Shown here: positions 25,141 through 38,345 of the stretch, piece after piece
Position numbering within the stretch: position 1 is the stretch's first letter
How the letters are laid out: each line of letters begins with the position of its first letter
Assembly: GCA_011109175.1 (NCBI GenBank)
Contig: RDEW01000024.1
Location: 559,189 to 623,188, forward strand
Reading direction: 5' to 3'
DNA length: 64,000 nt
Source: Dicyema japonicum
Lineage: Eukaryota > Animalia > Dicyemida
Made by a program: the position numbers and the translations under genes
Notes under the pieces: model-generated
Databases searched by the model: none
Told to the model about the DNA's origin: nothing
What the model saw: only the letters and a program-made list of their open reading frames with translations

Positions 25141-26498
25141 GATGCTTGTTTATTGATTTCTTGAGGAGACTGTCGAGGTAGAAGTCGGGGTTGGCAAGCC
25201 CTACCGTTTCCAATTACTTCCCCATCGCATAATTTGCAGTGTTTACTTTATAATAACTTACTTACATGGAATCAGATATACCCCCCTCCCTAGCACTAAC
25301 ACTTCTCCAACCACAAAAACTCTTGGATAGGAAAAGTCGATAATAGTTCCAGTCTACACCAGATACATAAAATCTGAGAAAACATCATCAACAACATCTG
25401 GTTTAAGGCAGATTACAAACTCTTGGGGTATATGATCAGTTCCTCTTGAGGTACGTCACAAGGTCTTCAAACGTCGTCCATCTGGATTCGTCTTGAACCC
25501 CCATAACTGATATTCTTCGCATTGATTATTTAAATCTTAATAACTTAATCAGATTTCTGGAGATCTCCGTGAGCTCTGCTGGTTATTTCAATCAATTTTG
25601 AATGTGGTTACGTTTAAGGCTATGTTAGTTATTTTAAATTCTTGCTTCCATGAGCGAGGCGCGGGGGCAAAGCAGAATCTATAAAGTCGTGGTAATAAGT
25701 TCGACAGTAAAAACCAGTGGTGGATCAGCGGTGGCTCATCGGGAATGGTTCAAAGTGTCTGTTGTCGTGATTAGTCATTGGTTTGATTCCCACATCACTA
25801 CCCACTTGGTCGAGGGATTCCTTTATGCTCTTTGACTTCTTCAATTACTGAGAGACGGCATTGTTCAACCTAACTCTAGAGAGGCCAATGTTTGGCTGGA
25901 GTGCAAAAAAGATCTCTTTCTTCCCTACTCCATTAGAGGGCTTTTCATACTGCGGATATAGGTGGATGCTTGGAAAGGATTATTCTTACTTTCACCATGG
26001 GACCTTGCGGTTTACTAGTATGTTCCCTAGAATAAGGAAAGCATGGACTTTCATCCATAATTAAAAAAATTAAGAAGACATGTATTCAATAAAGATACAC
26101 GTACCCAACCTTCCGACCAATTAACCACTTGGCTAACTCGTGTCCATCTAGCCATCAGCAGCAGTCACCATACGGGTTTACGAAACTATATGAACAGGAT
26201 TGGGTGATCGTTCCTTTCCGTCTTTTAGAAAATTACTAACGGGCGCTTCTCTGTCCTGGCCGACCTTCGATACGCTTGACATCTCTATGAAAGTCTGCTT
26301 CTGCTAGTTATCTCCCTGCCAGCCAGATTTCCTCCTTGTAATAGGAGTAACAATTAGCTCAATCACTACAATAATACACAGTAAAACGAAATCCCCTCAC
26401 TTAAAATCCTATTAAAAACCAAAAAGCGGATAATGAAAGAGATCAGTAAAAATGGGGAGAACAAATAATCCCAATGTGAACCAAGATAACTAATTAGA

Positions 26499-28278
26499 TC
26501 ACTGCTGCAATCCAGATTTGGCAGAGGATATTCCAGCCCGCATAATCTCGTCCACCAGAAGCAGATTAGAAGCCATAACACATCTACCAGTAAAATAACT
26601 CCAAACGATGTATTTATGATCTGAGTCTTCACTATGGTGTTGTCAAATATACACTCATTAACGGGATCAAGCACTCCCCCTGTCCTAATATCCAATCCTG
26701 GATGGAACTCTTCCGTGGAGGCATCAATCATCGCGGAAATTGTCTCATGGTGGTCATGTCCTGCGTTGAAAGTGAGCGTCTTGAGGATCACCAGAAGAGA
26801 TTCAGCGAAAGCCTCAAACCCAGCCTTCTCCTTAGCGGGAATAGTTGGCAGGATGCGCTTCAAATAGAGATATCCGTGAAGTTCGAAGCACCCAGCACCG
26901 GGAATCACGGAATCTGAGATTAATCCTATTACCACCATCATCCACGGCATTCTTCACCGCTCTCAGCCCGTCTCTAATGGCATCCTTCAACTGTGTCAAT
27001 GTATGTTTGTTCGGTCCTTGAAGTAGCAGGGTCACAGAGCGGGGATTGGAGCATTCTTCAATGAACGTAAAGTTGTCATCACCCTTAAAATCAGCACGTG
27101 GGTTACAATTGATATGTAATATACAGACCCCGCGTAGCCAAGGCAGTCCTCAGTCAAATTATCCAACGAATTCACGGTCCTCCCACCGCAGGCCAAGGGA
27201 ATCCTCTCCATGTTCCTCCTCTTGGCCCTTCGAAGGGCGAAAATGTTCTCCTTGGCCAATGCATCCAACGCTATAGGATCAATTCCCTGAAATGACCACG
27301 TGGGCTACCTTCTGGTTGATCAAAACAAATCCCTGGTCTTCCTTGCAGACCTGCCTCTTCAGATTGATCACCTTCTTCACGTTGTCGTCACAGAACCTCC
27401 TCTCAGCGAGGACAAGTTTCTCACGTGTCTGGGCATCGTTGTAGGTGAAAGAGGAATTCACCTCACTACGGTCCGTTACAATGGCAACCTCTTTTCGTAC
27501 TCCATGGAGACATTGCAAGACAGAATGAAAGCGTTTTTGAGACTCTTGGGCATGTCTGGATGTCGGGGACCGTGGTCTAGGACGAGTCCTTTGATCATTC
27601 GACTTTCCACGTCGGACTGGCGGAGCATTTCCATGATCTCGATCATGTGAAGATCGGGGCAGCAAAGTACGGCGTCCACAAGTTCCTAGGAGTGAAAATA
27701 ATGATAACCTCCGCGAAACTCACGGAAATCTTAGTGCAGAGGGCAGTTCTGGCAACTCCAAGGAGGACTCCTCTGTCTACCTTTCCAGGAAGTCTGAATT
27801 TGGCGAGTTCCTCCAAGAGGCAGTCCCTGGCTCTTCTAAACCCGTCAATCACACATTGGGGGTGAATTCCCTTTGTTCACAAAAAAAGAGTACATCTCTG
27901 ATCTTCCTGATCCCTTCCTCCACGAGTTGGCAAATCAACAAAACAGACGAGGTGGTTCCGTCCCCCACAATGTTCGTCTTGGGCAGTGACCGATCGTCCT
28001 ATAAGCGAACATATGGGATTCGTCATTTGCTGAAATCATTTTAGAAAGTTACCATTTCCCCCATGAGGCACTTGCCGTCCTTGGTCATACGAATGTCTCC
28101 ACCACCGGAAACAAGCCTTAGAATAACATGTGACTTCTCACATTTTGAGGGTGCCTTCAGGCCCGAGGTTAGTCTTCAACAAATCACGGAGTCCCGTCGC
28201 AGCCTCCAAAATTATTCCCAAGGCGTGGTTGGCCCTGGCAACTTCGGCCTTTGGATTTATCAACTTGACAGATGACAT
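26499..28278 (-). CDS. CCT6: T-complex protein 1 subunit zeta (10 exons, nine introns of 22-25 nt)
   Basis: [96 protein letters not shown]. One extra G in a G-run near 27965. Confidence 0.97.
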
Positions 28279-29092
28279 TTAACCAAGAAGTATCACTAGA
28301 AACGTGCTTAATAATTAAATTTATTAATTTTAATATTAAATTATTTTTAAATTAAAAATTTAATCTGACCTTTTCCCTTCTACTATTCAAAATTCCGATG
28401 AGGACCAATGTTCCGAAGAAATCCTCTTCAACTTTGGGGGAATCTTATAATCATACAACGCATTGATATTGCCTCCAATTTAGAAATTTAAAACTACTCA
28501 CTGCTCAGCTTTGAGAGGCTCAATGATTCTCATGAGAGTGGTCTAATCATCCTCACGTATCGGTCTCTTTTTTTTTACTACCTAGTCCACAGTAGCAAAC
28601 TCTCTCCCTGATAGCCTCATGGAATTCATACTCGTCATTTTAGAGACCTTCGTCACTGCCCAGTATGTGGGACAATTCCTGCAGATTCCAATACGTTCCC
28701 TGACTTCTCGATGTGTTATCCTATCGCAACATTGAGTCCCTGAATTGATACGATCTACCATCAACGCCACCCCAATGATTATTGTTACTCTCTATCTCTT
28801 CCCCGTGGTACGGTCAGACGGACCTTTGTAAAGCGAGAAGGGATGATTTGTCCTAAAGATAGTAACCGATATAAGAAAACGCCATCAGGTGATTCCGGCT
28901 TCTCTCAGCAATATTCTCATCTTGTCCCTGTGTCGCTCTCGTGAACCGACACATTTTCGATAACACCGTTCTTTTGGCGGTTTTCCATTTTGGGTGAATA
29001 TCCCACCGGAATTCCTCACAAGGACCGCAAATTCATCAAACTGACTTGTGATTGGTTGCTATAACTAAGCACATTCACAAAACCAAAGAACG

Positions 29093-29390
29093 TTATATTA
29101 ACCAAGGTCCCGTTTGTGTCACACGTTTCAAAATTTGTTTCACTAGGCGTCTACATCTCCCTCTGCTTTGCGCATCTGTTCGTATTTCTTCTAGATCTTC
29201 TGCAGATTTAAGTTTTCCTCCAATTCCATTGAGATCCTTGTTTAGAGCCACAGGGAGGGTGACTCTGGGCCTTCCTCTGAACGATGGTTTGTTCTCATTG
29301 TTGAAGTAATTGTCCATTATTATATTCGCAGGGGCATTTATGTCCATTCTAAGCACGTGCCCAAACAGGTCTCCATCTTGATTCAATCAT
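29093..29390 (-). mobile_element. RTE-like LINE 3' relic
   Basis: LFGHVLRM..APAN, RGRPRVTLP..LNKDL. Confidence 0.8.
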
Positions 29391-29449
29391 ACACTCGACT
29401 GCAGATGCTGTTTGGTCTCACAGGTGGATGTGCCACGTGTCAACGATAC

Positions 29450-30250
29450 AAGAGTAATTTTAAAACTCTGGGTGTGTAAATGTCAAGGACATTTGACAGT
29501 CAACAGAAAAAAATGGACGTCATCGGGAGTATCCTTGATGAGGATAACACAAGACTTATTCGTTTCTTGTTGTCCAATACTGAAGTAACTGTACGGGTTG
29601 GGAACACGACATCGATGCCTTTCGAGCCAACAGTTGGACACCTCAGGGGTTCTATTATCTCCGGTTCTATTCGTCGTATACCTGGAGGCGGCAATGAGAG
29701 CTCTTAGAACAAATTGTGAGGGATGCATGCCGATGGAGATTATATATGCAGATGACATAGATATGTGCCAGAAAATGATCAGGAACATGGACTTGTTTTA
29801 GGGAAAATCCCTGAAGAATTTAAGAATTGGTTGTTGCGCGTTAATCATGAAAAGACAACACATAGGAATCACAAGGGAATTAAAATATATTGATGAAAGT
29901 TGGAGGAAAAAAAGGAAATTGGGATCCTTACTTGGTGATAGTGAGGACATGATGTACAGAAGAGTTCTAGCCACTGCCATGTATAAAAAATGCAGTAGAA
30001 GTCGACGAAAACTAATAAAAACAAATCTAAGAATGACTATACAACTCATATTTAAAACCGGTGCTTATGTACAACTCGGGTACATGGGGGGTCACAGAGC
30101 TCAAGAAAATGGATATATTTCATCGAAAAAAGATACTCAATTTACTGGGCCTAGGATCGCCCAAGAAGATTTCAAATAAGAAATCATACTCTGTGGTACA
30201 GTCGATGCCAATAAGGATCGATATTATTAAATCATCCTGTAGCAACGTGT
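29450..30250 (+). mobile_element. RTE-like LINE RT relic
   Basis: SRTFD, LSPVLFVVYLEAA, YADD, KKLGSLLG, YNSGTW, FHRK. Confidence 0.85.
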
Positions 30251-30829
30251 AGCCATATGATCACCGACTTTTTGGTCCTCTCACAATGATTACATAGTGA
30301 ATATTATCCGGGAGTAACAGGTTCCTGTCTGGAAGAAGACAATACAAAGCCTCGGATCTCGGACTATTGTTTCCACTGACCAACCACTCAGCAGATTTAA
30401 AGTATATCTTCAATGACCGGCTCTCCGATATAGGGAAGAAAAAACGATCTCCCTACATTTTATGGAGCACTGAAAAAACCTCACTCACCACCGCCTGGCT
30501 TGATTTAGTTCGGCATGGATGGAGGATAGACGATAGTGATTGTCTCCTCAATCTCAGGCGTCTGGTCTTTGCACGAGCATTTGAGGCTTCGTATTGGCAT
30601 CAAATATTCATGAGACTCGATGATGATATATTTGGAGAGGATCTACGCCTTCTCCCACAAGAAGAGCCATGGAAGATTTTCAAAGAACGCGACGATGACT
30701 CATTACCTCAATTTCCGATCAATTAACCCCTTTATTTCGATTAATTGCCAGTAACATCATTTAAGTGACGAAACTAGTTTAATTTTTAGGAATGAATTCT
30801 TAATTAAAATAAATTGAACAATCAGCCGA

Positions 30830-31100
30830 GGGTCATTCACCAGACTGCCTGGATATTCTCCCTTAGACGGCTAGCGAGGTTCGTCAAATAGCGACCAGCG
30901 CTCATGGGGATTTACTGTTCGTGTAGAAATCCGATTCTCTAGACGATTCAGGAATTCCAGCGTCCCAGGCGCAAGGGAACCAGACCGTGAGCGGAAAACA
31001 AAAAATCCTCGGATATGAGCCCGTTTTGACCTCTCGGCCTTCTCAGGGGCAGAACAGAGGCAGTCTGGTGTAGGTAATGAAGCGATTGTCTACAAGGTCA
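30830..31100 (-). mobile_element. CRE 3' relic
   Basis: Similar to 35100-35350 (DPHERWSLF, LAV*GRI). Confidence 0.65.
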
Positions 31101-32174
31101 AGAATTATAAAATCAATCTAAATTGTCAATAATTCGATTGCTGAAACAAACTTGAGTGCCATAATCGATGAAAGTCCAATTTTGGGGTGGGAGGAATCCT
31201 CTGTACTGCAATACGGAGATGTTGCATCCTGAGGATCTTCAACGCTACAATAGGGACCTATGACTTACATCTAAGGAAGACCTCAATGGAACACTGAGAC
31301 TAAGCGAGGACCAAGTAACCTCTAGGTACCACACTATGGAGTTATAACGTCCAGAAGGCCTCCCAATCCTCCATGGAGATTTTTAACGTCACGAGTTGTC
31401 TAAACACAACAATAAACTCTATGACGGTTCAAGTAGCTCTCAATGCAACATTGGGGATTAATGACCTCCAATTTTATATAACCATGGAGACTATTGACAT
31501 AAACGACATTTCTCACTACGACAATTGAAGGGAAACTAACCAACAACAATTGAATGCGGGGGAAACAATCACCCATATCTGAATTCAAAACAGAGTCCTC
31601 CGCAAAAATGGTGACGATGTAGTGTCCCACTGAGGACCCAGGCATAATCTTCACAGCCTTAAGTAACATTACTTTAACAAGTTTTAAAATAAGGAGTTAT
31701 AGTCAGCTATCATAGTCACGTGGATTGCGGATTTTTTCGAAGCGTTGAAAACGCTATTCGGAGATTAATAATGTCAGTATAATCCGCTTTTCTTCCCAAG
31801 AAACATAATTCTGACCACTCCGGGAGTCGAACCCGAAGCCTTCGTGCAGTTAATATCTTGTTTTTGATAAGTAATCCTAACCATTCCGGGATTTGAACCC
31901 AGAACCTTCATGAATCAGAATTCTTTGGTTAGTCACTTAAGTCACATTAGGCGATAACGAAGGAGGCTTATAAAAGGCGTATAAATAAGGCGATATGGAA
32001 ATTTATCTGCAAGACTTTCATCCATTTTAACTATGTATTATAATATCATCAATAAAATGAAAGAATTTATAAATAATTAAATAGTTTTAAACTAATTCAT
32101 TAATCTAATTTAATGGACGGCGAACCTATATAACTAATAGTATAAGTAGATTAAATAATTTCTTAGTTAATAAA

Positions 32175-32827
32175 ATGTCAGATTCTGATAGTGATTACGA
32201 CCCTTCGGTAACGGCCAACAAAAAGACAATAGATGAGATCATGGCGATGGATGCTGAGGATGAGTCCCTGAACAGGTACAAAAAGCAACTCCTGGGAGAA
32301 GGAAAAGTCGTAGTCAGTAAATTTTCGATTTACCGCTTAGTTGAAGACGACCCTCGTAAATTCGTACCCCAATTCGTAGAACTTGAGAAAGATGATGGTG
32401 TCTACAAGGATTTTGAGTTAAAAGGTTTCCAATTGAGTGATTCCAGACAATGTGTTTACGGCCAAGGATACGATACTTGCCAACGAGGGGACCACAGCAC
32501 GGATAATAGTGAAAGGCTACGTGCAGCGAGATATCATGTCTGGAGTCAGGAGTAAGTGCAAGATTGGGAAGATCGTTATGACCGGCTTGCCAGTGATAAG
32601 TAAGGGAGAGCTCATTTAAAGGCACCACACTAAAAACCTTCCATGGAGTATTAGCCCCTTCGACGGAGATGGCGTCCTTGACATCTGACTATGTGGAACT
32701 ACCTTCTGGGAAGCTTATGAGAGGGGAATACAAATGTGTGAATACAATGTATGAAGATGGGAAGAAGCTGTTGAGAATAGATTGGAAGATGAAAGTTGTG
32801 AAAGCAGCAAAAAACTCAAAGGATTAG
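32175..32827 (+). CDS. ARHGDI: Rho GDP-dissociation inhibitor (4 exons; introns of 24, 22 and 22 nt)
   Basis: KTIDEIMAMDAEDESLNRYKKQLLG, VQRDIMSG, ELPSGKLMRGEY, ending ..NSKD*. Confidence 0.93.
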
Positions 32828-33512
32828 TTAATGACGGTTTTATTTGTAAGGATTTATTCAGTAAGGAAGTTGAATAATTTTCTCATTTAAATACATTATT
32901 TTCCCGCTTAAATAAGGCAGTGAATTACGGTCATTAAACATCATTCTCTAATATCATATGAACTCTCATCACCTGTCTCTTACTCAAACCTAGGCTTATG
33001 CATCTTACCTTCCCAGTGTCACACCTCATATAAGTCTATGTTCGCTCAGAAAACCTAATGCTCTCCAAGTTCAATGTTCGTAATTTTCTAAAAACCCATA
33101 AGGGCCACGTGAGCACATTATCAATTATGATTTGTATATTTCCACCATATGGAAGTTGCATTAGAGATAAGTCTGGGGAGTACGGCTATTGAACACAAGA
33201 ATCAAAGTGCCCAGAGTCCATCCCAGTTTCGACCAACATATCACGTGGTAATTCCGAGGACATCTTAGGTGAGACGACAAGAATGAAAGCCAGTTAACTC
33301 CTCTAAAGGGGGATGCTTTCCACCCATTCGGCAATCGAAAACTGTTGGAGCGGCATGTTCTCGTGAAGACATTTTTAAGTAAAGAGAAAATCGCATCCAC
33401 GTGTCTCACCTCCCATAGTAAAAAACTTAGTTACAAGTACCACCTACTCAGAGTGCTTGACCACGTGGTATAAGTGAGACAAATTAAGCAAATATCGTGG
33501 TCAATGTTAGTT

Positions 33513-34333
33513 TTACGAAAAAGTACGGTTAAACAGTGAAACCACACCACAATACCACCGGTAAGTCATAACCTTCAGTCGATCCCACGTGGCTGAGACT
33601 GAGTCTACGGCTGGTCTCACGTCGAGGACAGTCTCATCTGAACATTCATAGTAATCAATCACATATCTCACGTCAAAACCACATCTATCCACGTGCCAAT
33701 CGTGTCTATCAAACGGCAGCTGATATCTCAGACTAAGCCAACACCAAACCCGAGAAAACTCCGAATCCGCGCACGTGGCGACAGGTCCTCGCTCCTTCCG
33801 TGGAATCGCCGCAACCGCGGAGTTCGACATTCACTGAGGGTCATCTAACGAACCACCTTGCATGCAGGGCTTCCCATTTGAGGATCTCAGCCCATGTGGC
33901 TTCGTTTGTCGAGTTGTGGGCCTTGATGACCTCCTCCATAAGCTCTGGGGTCATCTCCTCTTCTCGAAGATTCCATCCTTTTCGAGTCATAGCCTTGTAG
34001 AACATCTGAGGAGACGGATACACCCACTTCTTTGGGTCATCCGTTGCCATGGGATGCTTGAAGTCTCCCTTTTCTTAGAAAATGCTTGATTTTCCAAGTT
34101 TTCAGGAATCTTGTTGTAGTCTGGCATCTCTTACTCAGTTTAAGACAAACCATGTTATCTTGGTTCACTTCCTCTGTGTTCTGGGCCATTGGGCACCCTG
34201 ATAGCTTAGATTCTCCAATTTCAAGAACCGGACAGGTACCTTTTGGGGGGTTATCTCTAGATACAGTGTTTTTGGGCTTTATTGGGCATGAGTTCGTTTC
34301 TAATGGTTATTTTACTAGAGTACCTTCTGACAT
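33513..34333 (-). CDS. HCCS: Holocytochrome c synthase / cytochrome c heme lyase (5 exons)
   Basis: Three CP heme motifs (CPI, CPV, CPM), [59 protein letters not shown]. Introns of 23-24 nt. A 1-nt frameshift near 34050. Confidence 0.96.
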
Positions 34334-34599
34334 TTTTAAGTATACTATCAAAGACGAGAGAAATTAAAAATTAATATGAAATCTCCACGAGAAAAAAATG
34401 TGCTCAAAATGACATTTAAAATTTAAATTAATTTTTATAAACTTTAATTTTAAAATTTAAACTATATAAAAATTTATTCAAATCAAAAATCGACTTAATC
34501 ATGCGGTCCAGATGGAATCCCGTCAATAGTAAGATAGGCCCTTATCTATCATGGCCCTCACCCGAGTTTTCTGCTCTATCCACAAGAATATTCCATCAT

Positions 34600-35050
34600 A
34601 TGGAAGTTATCTAATATACCTACTATACACACCCTGAAAAATCTTGCCTTCTGATAGAAAAAACTGTGAACCTCTTTAACCTTCAATGGAGTTTTAATCC
34701 CCTCCACAAACTCAATCAAGTTACTGGGTATCACGTATGACTTCCTCATGACATTCAGTAAACATGTTAAGAACGTCATATCCTCGTCCCAACGTAGACT
34801 GAACTTTGTAAAAACTCTTTTTGGATACTACAAAGGATGTTTCTACTAAATACATACAACCAACAATCAGTTATGGTTGTGCACATGGGGGACAAACCTG
34901 TCCAATACGAATCTGAAGAAAATTGATATTTTCAAGTAACAGTCACTGGGTCCCTACAAAGGTTCCCCTCGCTATTAATATCAACTCCGTCCGAGTAACT
35001 TGTGAGAAGAACGGGAGCCCAATTGACATCCCTAAAATTCAGAAAAGTGT
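34600..35050 (+). mobile_element. LINE post-RT relic
   Basis: LLGITYDFLMTFSKHV, ISYGCAHG; similar to 61500-61860. Confidence 0.6.
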
Positions 35051-35099
35051 CTCTACATTAAGGGAGTGCGTCGATTTTCAGGAATGAACACCGAGAAAG

Positions 35100-35500
35100 A
35101 ATGAGACGGCTGCTTATGGAGGCCCGTGCTCAAATAACCAGCAGCGCTCACGAGGGTCTCCTGATCGTGTAGAAATACGATTCCCAGACGACTCAAGAAT
35201 TTTAACGTCGCAGGCGCAAGGGAACCTACGGCATGTGGAACAAACAAAAAATCCTTGGGTAGGACTGTGTACTTTTCCCGTTTCAACCTCACTGCCTCTC
35301 AGCGGCAGAACAGGCTCCAGAGGCACTCTGGAGTAGGTTGCAATGAGCAAACGTGTCGGTGCAGGTGACTTCCCAGACAAGAGGTTTCCCGGCTTCAAAA
35401 TAGAAGATTGTCATCTGGTCGTTTCCCGTCCTGCTTGCAAAGACCGACTGGTTCGAGCATGGAGGGGTATCCGGCGGCGTCCAAAGCTCGCCCAACGATT
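35100..35500 (-). mobile_element. CRE RLE relic
   Basis: [29 protein letters not shown]. Confidence 0.8.
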
Positions 35501-36549
35501 TCGTTCAAGGCCATGTGTTTGGGAAATCTGCCTGCACTCTTCTGTAACTCTTGTTTTAAATAAATTAACTAAAATAAGTTCACACTCAACATAAGCACTA
35601 AATCGACTGTAGAGTATGCCTCTGTTGCTTAGAGATTCGCACTATCGACTATGCTTCACCAACTCAATTCAATTTACCTCACAACCATTCATATGCTGGG
35701 CCTCATACAGGATCATCAGTCACTCACTCACGGGTGCTACCAGTAGTCGTGGATCCTGATTCTCTTCGTCTGTGAGGAAGATTGAAACCCGGTTCGCCTT
35801 TCTATTTCCAAGGCAAAAAACCATATTGGTACAAAAGTTCCTTCTTCAGTCGGATTCTCTGCAGGAATGAGGAAGGCTCTTTCGTACGGTTGTGGAAATA
35901 TTCTCAATCGAACCAGAAATGGGAATAGAATAGAGAAATGATTAAAATTTGTTCTGATATCCTGAAACCTACGATTGTCACGTGCTCAATTTACGAATTT
36001 CGTTATTTATTGAAAGACCACATAGCTCTTTGTAGCGAAGACATCGTCAAGGCGGACTTTTGAGGTGGAGGAATTTTCTTCAGCATCTGCCTTTTCGTCC
36101 ATGACATCGAGGATCAATTCTTGCTCCCCACGGAAGCAAAGGACATGATTCGACGAATTAAATTTTAATCCATTTTAGGATGAGTTCCTTGATGACAGTT
36201 AATTTTGTCTAAACGACTACCCCTTCAGTCTATCAGTACTCTACTCGAGGACCAAAAACTCGAAATTGATTTCAGCCTACACTATGGGTTCGATGTATGC
36301 AAGCATCACACGTGTCGTTATGAAAAATCGTCGACCACAAAAAAAACAATCTTGTATCTCCCAAATTCGAGTCCTGAAAATTCGCTATGGTTACCTCGCA
36401 ATGCACATACAAAGATTTCTTTAATGGATTCTTCAACGACGGTCGATAGGGTGGTCCTTGGTCGACCAGGGTGAACAAAATTTTAAATAAAATTTTATTT
36501 TATTTCAAAAATAATATATTATTTAAATTTAAAATAATGCTTTATTTGG

Positions 36550-37035
36550 ATGTGTGACAATCAACTATTAAGATACGAAAAGTTTATTAATGAGAATTTA
36601 AAGGCAAATTTAAGGTAAACCACAAATAATATTTACAGAAAAGCAATAACTCAGCAGGACCACTTATATTCCGAAGTAGCAGAGTACCACCAACTTCAAA
36701 ATACCCTTGAGTTCATTACGGAATCCAAAATTTCCAAGATATCTACTAAGACAGACATCGGCAGTAACATCTACATGAAGGCAAAAGTGTAACGTGTGAT
36801 CTAACTCAAAGAGATGATTCCTCGAAAATCCTTTTCCACGTGGGAAGAGATATCTTTGTACAAATGAGCGTTGAGGATGCCCTAGTTCATATCCCCAAAC
36901 TCATAAATATAATAAATTTGAGGATTTCGGCCCTCAACGACAAGATCATCGAACTGAGGACCTTAATTAGAGTGATGATGCAGGTGGTTTGTTATAAAGA
37001 GCTTGTAGGGTGTTCTTTCACTCGGAGATTTGTGA
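36550..37035 (+). CDS. UXT: UXT / prefoldin-alpha-like protein (4 exons; introns of 24, 23 and 25 nt)
   Basis: LLRYEKFINENLKANLRK, LYSEVAEYHQLQNTLE, DIGSNIYMKAKVDDSSKILFHVG..FVQMSVEDAL. Confidence 0.9.
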
Positions 37036-38169
37036 CTAACTTATTTTTTGACTTTATAAAAATTGTCGTTTTTTCTTGGGAAGTGATGTTTTCCCCTGGT
37101 CTCTTAAAATGTGAGGAGCCGGTGCCTAACAAGGAAGTAGCTACCAAAAGAGGACGTATCTAGAGATCCGTCGAGATATCCGGTGTCAGTAAAAGAGGTG
37201 GTTTGTCTTGTACTCGTATTCTTGTACTCGTATATGCCCAGATGGGGGTTGAAGTAGTGAAAACATTAGTACTTCTCTCGAAAATATTAACTACAGTTTA
37301 AATGACAAAATTACCGCAACATCTAATGGAGATGGCTGACTTGGCTCTGACACTTTGGGGGTTACCAAATATGTTATCGATTGATACTTAGGAAGTATGT
37401 TATTTTGAAGTGAAGAAGACGCCTTTAGATACTTTAAGGGCCCAAGTAATCACGATGTATGACTGAAGTTTCCCCCATCGTTAGATTTCTTTTAGCGAGA
37501 TGGACTTATATGAGAGGATAAGACGCTATGTTCGGTTGAAATAACGGGAGTTGAAAAATATATATTATGAATAGACCCGGTAACCAGGGGACGGAGGACT
37601 TCTTCCCCTTCCACATTCCTCGATTCCGTGGACAATGTGATTCTTGATGGATTAAGTTGATGGTCCACGGTCGAAGATGGATTCAAATATAGTCCATGTT
37701 TGTTCTAGGAAGCCCTCTTCCGCTCATGTACAAGAAATACTCTGGACCTCCTTAGAATTACAATCTGGCAACTGAGGATAATTTAAATATTCTGTTTAGA
37801 CACGGCAACCAATGGACCATGTGAGCAATGCTCTCTTTTACATTTCACTCTGGGAACTCCCTGTTCCCTTTGCGCTCCTGCTATCAACATCGGACCTCGA
37901 CATAATTTAAGATAATGAATCAGATGGAAGATATCCTCTTTATGTAAAAATGTGCTAATCTCCTCATCGGATAGGAACAACAACAAATTTTAGAACAATG
38001 TTATAAATCACAAATGATATGGGACAATGGAGACAAATGATATCGGCTCAATGATTCTCAGGGTCACCAAGAATCTGCGTGATATTGGATTGCTTTGAGA
38101 GCGCATCTCGATAACTATTCTCAGAGGAAATAGCCTGCCCATTATTATTAGCACTTTTACAAGAGCCAT

Positions 38170-38345
38170 AATATTTATAGCCCCGCATGTGCAGCAAATA
38201 CGTAAAAGAAAGAGTTAGTTTGTTCCAGGCTTTTCTGTTCTTAGCGTGTCCAGGTCGTCAGCAGATACCAATGTTTTCTTTACGCCTTTCAGATCGTTTT
38301 GTAAAACGACCGGGAGGGTTGTTCTTGGTCTTCCACTAAAGCGTT
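38170..38345 (-). mobile_element. RTE-like 3' relic
   Basis: RFSGRPRTTLPVVLQNDL, ADDLDTLR. Confidence 0.7.

Noticed and set aside
27960-27970. Frameshifts in CCT6, HCCS and the kinase as programmed frameshifting or RNA editing
   Set aside because: They fall mostly in homopolymer runs in essential genes, so sequencing or assembly error is far more parsimonious.
26634-28275. Plus-strand ORFs over CCT6 and similar antisense ORFs elsewhere
   Set aside because: They are shadow ORFs of real genes or TEs on the opposite strand.
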